Assembly: GCA_023213395.1 (NCBI GenBank)
Contig: CM041465.1
Coordinates: 118,861,741-118,925,740, forward strand
DNA: 64,000 bases
Reading direction: 5' to 3'
From: Cycas panzhihuaensis
Taxonomy: Eukaryota > Plantae > Cycadophyta
Below the pieces are notes generated by a model. That model was given only the letters and a program-made list of their open reading frames with translations. It was not told where the DNA came from and did not search any database. The position numbers and the translations under genes are program-made. Numbering within the stretch: position 1 is the first letter of the stretch; every line of letters begins with the position of its first letter. Below are positions 41,101 through 52,836 of the stretch, piece after piece.

Positions 41101-42471
41101 CACATATAACATTAAACACTATACTCTAACAATTTAAAAGTTATAAGTTGGGAAGCATCTTACAGTTCATCAATACCTTAAGTCCTCTCTCACTCATATG
41201 CCCAAGGCTTTGATGCCATAACTAAGCTAGATCTTCTGTAGTCTTTGATATTGTAACTACATGGCTAACATTTATACTTCCCACCAAAATATAAATGTCT
41301 CCTTTCTTTAAGGCTTTCATAACAACCAAGGTACCCTTTGAAACCTTCAAGACTCCTTCATGACCTGTGTACTTATAACCACCAAAATCTAGTTCGCCCA
41401 AGGGAATAAGATTCCTTTTTAGGTTAGGTATATGTCTAAATTTAGTTATTATTCTCACTACACTATGGAACATTTTAATTCTAATGCTATCAATGCCTAC
41501 TATTTTACAGGAAACTTCATTTCCCATAATCATATCACCACCATCAAGAGGTTTGTATGATGAAAACTAACTCTTATGTAGACACATGTGGTGTGAAGCA
41601 CTCAAATCCAATAACTAATCATAATTATAATAGGAAACATTATAAGTAACCAAGACATCATCATTCGTACCTTGATTCAATTCTACTTGATTAGCCTCCT
41701 TGGTAAGATATTTCTTTTTCTAGAACTCCTTCCTTTTGTAGCAAGCCTTTTTTAGGTGACCTATGTTATTGTATTGCCAATATCTAAGCTTGCTCTTCTT
41801 ACCTTTTGACTTTGAACTCAATGTGTCTTTGGAGCTTTATCCTCTCTTAATCATTCTATCCCTTGTTGTTATAGCTTCTGGTATAGAGGTTTTAAGACTA
41901 GACTTCCTCCTCACCTCTTCTATTAGTAAAGCACTCATAACAAAATCATAGTCTAATTTATCTGTAGTGCTAAAACTAATTGAGGTGACAATATTATCCT
42001 AAGATTTTAATAATAAATATAATAAGGCAATAGCCTTGTCCTCATCCTCAATCTTAATATCGGTACTAGCTAATAAATAAGAGTATTAAAAATATTTAAA
42101 TGATCAAAAATGTTTTTACCTTTACTCATCCATAATAGGTATAGTTACCTCTTTAAGTAGATTCAATTCATCACTAATTTGGTCATATATAAGCCTTCCA
42201 ACTAAGTCCATAATCCTACTACTGTCTTCTCCTTTATGATGTGAAATAGAACTTTATCTACCAAGCATAATCATATGATGTTAAGATCCTTTTTATGTAG
42301 ATCATCTCATTTGTCGTTATCCATCCTTGTGGGTTTCTTTAATTTACCTTCTAGAGTTCTATACAATCCATATTATACCAAAATATCATATGCTTTTAGC
42401 TTCTAAAACTCAAAGTTATTCTTTCCATTAAATTTCTCCACTTTGAACTTTGCATTTATCAATTTCACCAT
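38141..42471 (-). pseudogene. gag-pol of B2 (degenerate, interrupted by a solo LTR)
   Basis: ORFs 41222-41533 and 39934-40146 are paralogous to B1 ORFs 6755-7066 and 5855-6166; ORF 38496-38681 covers the RT/RNase H junction. Confidence 0.9.
40728..41131. mobile_element. Solo LTR inserted in B2
   Basis: 404 bp absent from B1 at the homologous site. Termini TATTAGA...TCTAACA. Flanks ATATG/ATTTA are compatible with a decayed 5-bp TSD. Confidence 0.75.
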
Positions 42472-42541
42472 TTGGTGTAAAAAAATTGATACCAAACCTT
42501 CACAAACTTACTACAAAAATAAAAGTATCTTTAATACCACT

Positions 42542-42968
42542 TATTGAGAAAATTAGGTCCTAATAACTAGAAACCACCACCAAGATCTAAACTATTTTGT
42601 AACTAGTTATAGGAATTAAAACTAAAATATAGCATGTAAGTTCTTAAATTAAATATAACATAATAAATAAATCAGAAAGCTAAAGTATCACACATACACT
42701 AGATATAATATAGAAAAACTCTAGTAGTATGCTAAGGAAATATCCACACAAGAAAGGGATCGATCTTTATTATCTAAGAATTAAGAAATATACATAATCT
42801 ATTGTAGAATGTTTATAGCAATAACAATTAGTTACCTCTTCTTAATACAATACATCTAATACATTGAATGCCATTAACATCATGAGAAAACACCCTAAAT
42901 TAGGCTATATGAGAGTCATATAAGGTACAAATCTCGACCATTAAATTTAGGGTATTTTGAATAAATGA
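42542..42968 (-). repeat. Truncated 5' LTR of B2
   Basis: Similarity to the B LTRs stops after GGTATTTTGAATAAATGA. Confidence 0.85.
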
Positions 42969-44904
42969 ATATCCTAATAATATTGATATGCTAGCATTTG
43001 ATATGGATGTTAAGGCTACTAGAGCTAAAGATAAACCTAATATGTAGTAGGATATAGGTAATAGTGGCTCTATAATTGGTATAAGAGGTATTTTAGGTGC
43101 ATCAATATCATTTTCTACTATAAACTAAAGTTTTAAACGATCCAATTCCTAAGTATTTTTAGCAAATATTACATCCCAAGTAGTGTAGACTTGGTTTTCA
43201 ATGGTATCATAAACTTTATAAGCTTTACATATAAGTACATAGGTAAGGAAAATGAACTTGAGGCTTTTATCATCTAGGTTCTTCTTATTCTCCTTAGGGA
43301 TGAATTTATAAGATGTACATCCAAATATCCTTAGATGATAAACTATTAGTTTTATGCCTAACTAAGCCACCTTAAGGGTGATGTCTCTGGCTACTACTTT
43401 ACCAGTTCTATTAGTTAGATAAGTAGTAGTTAATATGGCTTTAACCCAAAACTTAGTAGTAAGATTTACAACACTTGACATACCTATTGCTTTATTCATC
43501 AATATTCATTTTATCTTTTTTTATACCATTTTGATGAGGTATATAAGGAGCTAAGAACTAGCATTTGATACTACATTATTTGTAAAAGTTAGTGAATTGG
43601 CTTGATATATACTCTCCTCTATTATCAGATCTTAGGATCTTAATGTGTATGCTACTTTTATTTTCTACTTTAGTCTTGAATTCTTTAAACATATTGAAGG
43701 ATTGGAACTTATTCCTAAGGAAGTAGACCCATACTTTCCTAGATTAGTCATCTATAAATGTCATGAAAAAAAGATTTCCATTAAGAGAAGTCACTGGCAT
43801 AGGCTCATAATATCTCAGTGGACCAATCCTAATGGTTTTGAGGCTCTCCATACTTTCTTTGATGTGAATTTCTCTCTATGTTATTTTCCCACTAAGCATA
43901 CCTCATAAATGTATTTGTTTCTCTTGATGATTAGAAGTCCATATACTAGATGTAGCCTAGACATGAGATTTAGGCTCTATGTGTTCATATGACTAAGGCA
44001 TTGATGCCATGATTAGTCCTTGGTATTGTTAGAGTTATTTTTTTCTTTAGAATCTGAGCATTCATCTTTATCTTGGTTAAGGGATGGGTCTTTAACCATG
44101 ATAACTTTCCCCTTGTCAAAGTGATTGCTATGTGTCATGGAACAAGATTCTCATGGTAGAATGGTAGAGAGGGAAACCCCATCAAGTTTGTATAAACCAC
44201 TATCTTCATGTCTTGTTACGATGAGTTATCCAGTAGCATGGTCTGTGATTATACATATGCCTTGACTAAAAAAGACATCTAAGTTTTACTTGTCAACTTG
44301 GCTAATAGAGAACAAGTTCACCTTCATGCCTAAAACTAGGAAAATATTATTTATATGCTGTCAAATTTTAGAGCCCTTAAATAGGAGCTCTTTTAAATTT
44401 AGTCATATCATAAGTGAGATTGTCTCTAAATATGATAGATTGAGATCTAATTAAGTAAGTCTCCTCTAGTAGATCTTTAGTTTTGGTCATATGATGTATG
44501 GCACTAGAATATGGTAACCAAGAATTATCATCATATTAAGATGACAAAGCTATGAAGAATAAATTTTGGGAGGAGGATTGAGAATCAATTACATTACCTC
44601 CTTGCTATATATTTTGGTTATTCCTTGAGTTTCTTGGTAGAAACCTTTGCCTATTTGGTTGTCATTAGTTCTAATTTTGTGTTTGATTCCAATCCTATTA
44701 GAAGCATAGGTCTGGTTATTAAAAATTTAGTCCTCCTTGTTGAAAGCTAAGGCCTCCTTATTAAAAGTAAGAGCCATCTTATTGAAAGTTAGAACCCCCT
44801 TGTTAAAAGCTAGTGCCACTTTATTGAAAGTTAGACCCACATGATTGTCCCCATTTGTTTTGAAGCATCTAGAAATTAAATTGCGTTCTCTTACAATCAA
44901 TAGT

Positions 44905-44935
<31 letters not shown>

Positions 44936-45825
44936 CATATTGTTTATACTATGAATTCCTTGATGGGTGAGATTATTATGGTTGTTATGGCTATTATGGA
45001 GGTTGAGATTATTAAGAGAAAGTACCAACTTATTGAGACTGTGGTTACTAATGTGTTAGCTATTGACTTAGTTACTATGAGATGTCTAAGGAGACAAACT
45101 ATTGAGAAAGGTTTTGAAGATTACTTGGGTACTAATTTAGCCATTAAAGTTCTTATTCTCTCTTAAATTTCTAGCTATAAATGCAAGAGTTAAGTTAGAG
45201 ATAGATGTCACTCCTTAGTAATTAAGAATATTCTTCTCTCTAAGTAAAAGTCCCTTAAAAGTATTGAAGTCTATATTGGCAAATGTATCGTAGAGTCTAG
45301 ATATAAAATTATTATATTCTATAGGAGGAATATTAAGGATGTTTAAGATAAGGTAATGATTAGAAGGAAGTTCACTAAGAATGATAAGTTGCTTTATTAT
45401 TATTTGACTTTTGTTAGGTGGGTTTTGATAGTTCTAGCAAAAGATATATCAAATAAGTGTGCTTTCAAAGTTAATAACTTAGAATCTTCCTTCCTCTCAT
45501 AAAGGGTATAAATAATACTCCATACTGCATGGGAGGTTTAGGCTATTTTAATATTTTGATCCACTCAGTCTTCTATAGCCAAGTAGAGGAATGATAGAGT
45601 TATATTATCCTTAGATTTAAAATTAGCTAAGATAATTAGATCAGGCGGGGTTTCAATGGTAGGTTCATTTGGATTCTTAGTAGGTTTGGGTAAGGGTATA
45701 TCACCATTGATATAAGCCTAAAAATCATTCATAATAAGGAGATTTTTAACATATTTCTTCTAAGCTAAAAGGTAATTTATACCACTAAGTTTGATGGTAT
45801 TAAATAGGAGCATTTGGGTTGCCAT
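42969..45825 (-). pseudogene. gag-protease-integrase part of G
   Basis: Starts MATQMLLFNTIKLSGINY at 45825; homologous to I 52837-55780. Confidence 0.85.
44909..44935. repeat. (TA)n microsatellite inside G gag
   Basis: About 13 TA units. Confidence 0.95.
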
Positions 45826-47812
45826 TTAAGTATGTCTTTTAGAGTGACTTTTAGTGTTTTCTTTGTGTCTTATCTACCTAGTGGGGATATTAAACTATAA
45901 TGCTAAGTTTAGAGGTCTCTAAGAATCCCTTAATTACTATTTTATCTAGTGGTGCCTACCTACAAGTGATAAATTAGGGACCTTATATACTAGTATATGA
46001 CTTCTAAGCTTTATATACCTTACTATGTGGGTTGTTAAGAAGGTTAAAGATCCCCTTAAATTGTCAATCCACTTACGCTGGACTTATGCCTAGTAATAGA
46101 TATAGCTGAGAAGTGCTAACTAAGGCACTCACTCCTTCTAGGACTGACATGGTCTCTAAACTCCAAGGTAGGGTTTACACCTCATATTTCCACTTAATAC
46201 ACCTTATAGACAATGGCCTTCTCTAATATCCATAGAATTCGAGAAAATCTAATGTTGTGTATAGAGTGATAACTTTAGAGGTCTTAACTATTCCCCTTGT
46301 AAGGCTAGAAAAGTTTTCTTGTAAATTACGGTTATCTTTCTTAATGTTATAAGTTGAAATTAATTTTATATTGTGTTATTATCTAAATAGAGAGCTTTTT
46401 TTATAAAACTAAAAGTAATGAGACTAAAAATAAAAATAATTTGAAAGAAATGAGAAGGTTAGGGTGCTATTTTAATGGACTTTACTCCGAGTGAAGATTA
46501 ACCTCTTCACCTAAGAAGGAAATGTACAACCATGAAGCATAAGGACTTATTAGCTAAAAACCAAGATAAGATAATGTATAAAAGATATATAAATAACATT
46601 TAGTAGCTAAATTCTATGCAAAATTAAAATAAGGTCTTTAATTTATCAAAATAAACCTTATAACAACCCAAATAAAAGTATCAAGTTTAGTAGATTATAA
46701 CTCCTTTAAAATCTACTCAAATCTATCTAAAAATGGCTCTAATCTATAGAGCTATAAACCAGGATTCTAACGATTTAGACAATGCTTAATTCTAACTTCG
46801 TATTGAAAAGTTATTATAAGAACTATGTAGGGTACTTCTTAAGAGAAAAAAATTAAATAGGGTTGACTTAAGTCCCTTTTACTAGTAAGTCCTTAGTCTT
46901 AGTAGGCCTACATGTGACCATTAGCTGAGCTACAAAGGGGCTAACAGACCTTCAATATTATTAAATATCAATTAATTTTTTTGATTTTATAAAAATTATA
47001 AAAAAGAGCCTATGATCTTTTAAGTATGTCCTTTTTCAAGTCAAATCATGATCATATGGAGTCAAATATGACCAAAAAGCAAGCCATCAGTGTAGATCTC
47101 AAGTGAGATTGTAATATAATTTAATTAAATTTAAATTTTATAAAAAAAATAAAAAAATAAAGAAAATCAAATTAAATTGACTCGTGGTAGCCACACGAGT
47201 TTTTATAGAAATGACACATTTTTTACAAAGTAAATCGCTTCATATCAGATCTAAATCTTCTTAGTAGGGTCTAGAATTATTCATGGGCTCACCCTGGATA
47301 AATCCCTATGCATTTTAAGCCTTTGTAGATTCTACAAGGTTGTATAAAGAAAAATTAGGTAATGGAAGGCACGAAGGAGCTACGCTAAAAAATAGACCAT
47401 AACTTGATTAAATCGAGTTAACATTACTTAGATCTAAAGCTAAATCATCATAGAGGGCTAATAGAAGAGTCTAAGAGTAATCTAAAGGTAGATCAAAGTG
47501 CCCACAAGTGAATTTAAACTCAAATAGTCAATGAAAAAATGTAAAATAGACATTGAATAGACAAAACAACATGTAATTTCTACCATTTTTTATTGAAACT
47601 AGAATAGAGAGGCTAGAGAACTATTATCAACTAATTAAATAATAAAAAAGAATTGTTATGTGATAAATACACCCTGTAATAGTGTCAGACTTGCTAGAAA
47701 TCACTGAAAACACTTGTGAACTATAAAAATAGAGGTGAATGGGGTGCCATTGTTGATGATATCAAAACATATAATAGACTGATTAAAATATATAATGGTC
47801 ACTCTAATACCA

Positions 47813-48193
47813 TGCCAAATTTATTGATAAGATCAAAATAACATATGCATTTATATAAATCAAGAGCATAAACTAAAATAACACAAGATCAAATGATCAA
47901 ACTCATTGTAGAATAATGCGATTGTCAAATTGGTTGAATAATCGCTCTTAATTTTGGGAGACCTTCTACATGAAAAAATTTTCAATATAAAAAGCATAGG
48001 GTTCTAGCTTAATTTATAAGCATATAAACTCATAAATTCAAGAATATCATTGGTTGACATATTGACAAAGTGGGTGGAGTTGACTAATTTATTAATTATA
48101 ACTTAATTTACAAAGGGGTATCCTAATGTTACATTGAGTACAAAAATATGATACATGAATATTACATTGAGGGTGTTATTACATGTTTTAACA
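47813..48193 (-). repeat. 5' LTR of G
   Basis: TGCCAAATTTATT...TTTTAACA, adjacent to the PBS. Confidence 0.9.
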
Positions 48194-48297
48194 TATATAA
48201 CTTAAGATATAAATTATAATAAATTCTTTAAAAAGGTACTTTATAATAGCCTTCTAGGATTTAAAATTTATCTGCCCTAGTGTCAAGAAATAAGTAG

Positions 48298-48532
48298 TAT
48301 GAAAAAAGAAATGAATAAGTAAAAACTAGAACAACCTAAGATGCAAAATAGTATCGTAAGATACCTTGAATTAATTTAGATAAAAACATTATAATATAGA
48401 ATATGTTTATATACTTATTAACTTGATGAGTATATAATATTTTAATTTAATTTTGTAGGTCCACCAATCATTAAAATTCACAACAATGCTTTTATGCATA
48501 AATATGTATTACAAATCACTTATTTTCTAACA
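48298..48532 (-). repeat. 3' LTR of H
   Basis: Aligns with 60610-60843. Confidence 0.9.
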
Positions 48533-48559
48533 CTTCCCCATAATGCACATTTGGTTCAA

Positions 48560-50555
48560 CTCCCAAGTCTTCTTTAAATTAGTGATGTTTCATCTTTAAT
48601 AATGCCTTTGTAAGTACGTATGTAATTTGATCTTTTGTTCTACAATGAAGGAGTTTAATGTGACCTTGAACTAGCTCTTAAATGTAGTGATGTTTGATCT
48701 TAATGTGTTTTATTCTTACATGTAGAACTGGAATCTTCAACATTTGAATTATACTTTAATTATCATGATGAATCACTGTAGGACCATTTTGATTTTAATG
48801 TAGGTATTTAAGTAATCTTTTAATCTATATTACTTCTCAACTTACTGCTTCAACTACTTTGTATTCTACTTCTACTATGGATAATGAAATGGTAGGTTCT
48901 TTCTTTGTGTTCCAAAATATTGTTGTTGAACCAATGTTGATAGCATAACCTATGATGGATTTTTTATCTTTTATATTATTAGCCTAATCTACATAAGAAT
49001 AACTAACCAATCTACATTCATTTGATGAAGTAAAAAGAAGACCATAATCCAATGTTCCTTTGATGTATTTGAGAATCCTTTTTATTACACTCTAGTGTTT
49101 TTGCTTGGGATCTAATATGAATTTTCATGTCAAATTCACTACATATGCTATGTTTAGTCTTATATTTATTAAGTAAATGAGGTTTCTAATCAATTGATGA
49201 TATAAAGTAGGGTTAACTGATGTAGATTCTTTATGTTTACTTAGATTAAATCTAACTTCAATAGGAGTAGGACAAAGACTATAATTATTCATATTAAATT
49301 TTTTCAAAATATACATAACATACTTACTTTATGACATATGTATCCAATTTTCATCTTTCCATACTTTAATCCCAATAAAGTAATGAAACTATTATAAATC
49401 TATCATCTTATACTTATAATTCATATCATTCTTGATTCCTAGAGTAACTCATTATTATTGCTTGTATAAACTAGATCATTAATATAAATTACAATAATGA
49501 AAATAGAGTTATTGGTAGTCTTTACATATAGATTTTGATCTAATGAACTCTTTTAAAAACCTTTATCTTAAAAATACTTATCAATTATTGAGTACCATGC
49601 TCTTGGAGCTTGTTTTAATCCATATATGGATTTCTTCAATTTGCAAGTTAAATTTTCATGTCCTTCAACTTTAAAAACTTAATGTTAAGAAACATAAATC
49701 TCTTCATCAATATATCCATTAAGAATATTGGTTTAATATCCATTTGATAAATTGTCCATCCATGATAAGTAGCTAAGTATATAATGCTCCTAATTATATT
49801 CATATTAGCAATAGAGGTAAAAGTTTTTTCATAATCAATATCTTCTTGTTAAGCATATCCCTTCACAACCAGCCTTGCTTTGCATTCATTAATAACACCA
49901 TTAGCTTTGTATTTAGCCTTATATACCCACTTTGTTACATTCTTATTGTTTCTCTAAAGCTTTGGTTAGATTCCTATCTAATAAATACACTACAATATTT
50001 ATTACTTCAACCAAAAAAGAATTGTTCATATGTATTACCTTCAACATGCATCTCACCATTTTTGTAAGGGTTCTTATCCTCCTCTTAACTATACCATTTT
50101 GTTGAGGTATATAAGGAGTTGTAAGTTATCTCCTTATTCCAACTTTGTTGTAGAATTCCTTGAAATCATTTGATATAAACTCTTCCCAATTATCTAAATA
50201 GAGGATCAATAATGTTTCTAACTTCTCCTTAAGAAAACACATTCAAATCTTCCTTGTAAACTCATCAACCATAATCATCAAATTTCTTACATTTCCATAT
50301 GATAAATTCTTCATGGCACCACATAAATCAATATGCACCAATTCTAATGGAGATTGAGATTAAAATTAGGATTCAAGCAAACTATCTATATGTTGTTTTC
50401 TAAAAACACATCCTTCACAAACATCATTATTACTTTAGATAAATGGAAGACCTTTAATTATTTCTTTTGTTCTCAGAGGAATAAGACCTCCATAATTTAA
50501 ATCTCCATAATGAAGATGCCATAGTATACTATCATTACCAATTAATATGTTTAAA
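48560..50555 (-). pseudogene. Integrase (part), RT and RNase H of H, with a deletion of the INT-RT junction near 49975
   Basis: ORF 49125-49316 is RT. LWHLHYGDLNY and TPYIPQQNG are integrase motifs at ~50090-50530. Confidence 0.8.
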
Positions 50556-50891
50556 TATTAGAACTAATAATTTCACCTTCATTACAATGTATTATGCATG
50601 TACTTATGTATATTTATGTAATATTAGATGATCCTCATTTGTAATTTAATTATATTGTGTAAATGTGTTAGGTCTACTACTTATGTCGATATGTCATATA
50701 ATTATATTATTATAAACCTTAGTGGATTACCTATATATTGGGTATTTTCCTACTGTTTGTACATTGGATTATTATTAATATAGAAGTTTTGGTAAGATTG
50801 GAGCCTCACAGAGTGACAAATTCACTTGTGAAGCTTTGCACATCTTAATTCTACTCTTATGTGGCATTTAGATCTTGGAAGTATTTTCACA
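50556..50891 (+). repeat. 5' LTR of I
   Basis: Aligns with 57530-57882 except for the last ~30-45 bp. Confidence 0.85.
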
Positions 50892-52836
50892 TTGTATTAG
50901 AGCTGTTATGTGTTGTGTTTGGCATTTTTTTGTAAAACAAGTGAGAAATGGAGGCTCGTTTACTCATAACGACACACTATTCCCCTATTTTTTAAGCTAT
51001 TCTCTTAATATAATATGAAATTTAGTTAATTTAAGGCTACTATTGGTGTATTAGAGATTATAGCAGTGAACATTTACTTAGTTTCAAGTCTGTTTTAGGC
51101 TACGCAACTCTTAGTTTTATTTTTTGTTGAAATAACTCTATTTTAGCATATTTTTCAACCCTAACATGTTTGTGCATGCCATATTTTGCATCTAAATGAA
51201 GTTCTATTTATTATAGCAATCATCCAAGGATGCTCAGGCCTTGTTGTAGGTAGTTTCATAGAGTTTTTTGTATCTATTTTCTCATTTGTATCCCCCAACA
51301 TTTGTTTGACCTCCATAAGCTCTAATAACCTCATTTGAAGTTATTTCTCTCTATTAAAGCTTTAAATCTACTTGAGAAGGTATGTTGCAGCCTGTAGATA
51401 TAAGATCCATCAACCTTAGAGCTTTCATAAAGCATTTTCACACTTAATTTGCTACCAAAATTCTATATATAGCTGCATAGACTCTGTGGAAGTTTCATGG
51501 CTTCTAATTTCCAAAAAAAAATAAATTTTTCAACTTTTTAACTTATAAGGTTATGAAATATTAAATTAGATTTGATTTCATAACTTAAATCCACCATTTA
51601 TCCCCTTTGATTGATCATATTCAAGCTCATATGACCCTACTTTTGGCCAAAAAAAGGTAGATTTCAAAAAAGTTTAATCATCTTTTATAAATTTTACATT
51701 TGCAAAAAAGTTTAAGTTGTGTTTCATAGTGCTTTGAAGTTTGAAACTCCTTAAGGTCTTGAGCAAGTGGTCACATACAATAGTATAGTAATCAGGGGCC
51801 AACTTTCAAAGGGGCTTAAGCCCAATCTTCACATTTTTTAGCCCATAAAGAGTACCTATTATAGTTTTTATCATAACTTTCCAACTAGGAGTCAAAATTA
51901 GGCATTGTCTAAATTGTTGGAAAGCTGGCTCAGAGGGCTATAGTTTCAAGTTAGTTTAAGCTTAATTTGGGTTTAATTTGGGCAATTATTTTAGTATTCT
52001 TAAGTTTTTTCTCATCACTTGAAGGCTTAAACTTAGCTTTTTATTAGACTTATTGCTATATTATGTTGTTGTTGATTGCTAGTTAACTATTCTAATATAT
52101 TTTTTGAGCTAATAAAGTGCTTGTGGTTGGTTTTCTTGTAGGTGTTCTCCTTGGAGATTGAAGTATACCTTCTTATTATAAACTCACTTAAAGAGCTTTC
52201 TAAACCTCTCCTTTTCCTTTAATTACTTATATTTCTTTTTGCTTGTCATTTTTCTTTAAAATAGAACCCTTATTTGTAAGCAACTCACTTTAAAATTAAT
52301 ATTTAACTTAAAACATTAACCAAGATAATCTTGAATTAATAAGATAACTTTACCATCCTTGCAAGGGGAATGGTTAGGACCCCTAAAGTTACCACTATAT
52401 ACATGCCTTTGGTATTTCTCTAATTTGTTGAGAAAACCATTAGATATAAGGTGTATAAAGTGGCAGGCTAAGGTGGTAAACTTTCCTTAGTGATTAGAGA
52501 CTAGGCTAGACCTAGAGGGGATGAGTGCCTTGGCTAGTAAGTTCTCACCACTAGATCTATTATTGGGTATAAGTCTAACACAGGTGGATCCATAAATCAG
52601 GGGGGTCTTTGACCTTCGTAATAGCCCATGTACTAAGGTTTATAGAGCCTTGAGCTCATGTACTGATATATAAGGTCCATGGTTTACCACTTGTGGGTAG
52701 GCACTACTAGATAAGATAATAATTAAGAACTTTCTTGGAGACCCTAAAACTTAGAACTTTAGATTAGTAGTCCCTGTGTAGATTAATATATAAGGAGCTT
52801 AAAACTTAAAACCCAAAATAAAAAGACACTTAAAAA

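Larger units (their letters stand above)
37431..42968 (-). mobile_element. Ty1/copia element B2 (same family as B1), 5' LTR truncated
   Basis: LTR 37431-38092, PPT 38093-38108, gag-pol colinear with B1, PBS ~42528-42539. The LTR at 42542-~42968 lacks its distal ~230 bp, so no right TSD is visible. Confidence 0.92.
35346..48193 (-). mobile_element. Ty1/copia element G, interrupted by B2
   Basis: LTRs 35346-35721 and 47813-48193. TSD TATAG/TATAT. PBS at 47801-47812, PPT rc TTAAGGGAGGG at 35722-35732, leader ~2 kb. Same family as I. Confidence 0.9.
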
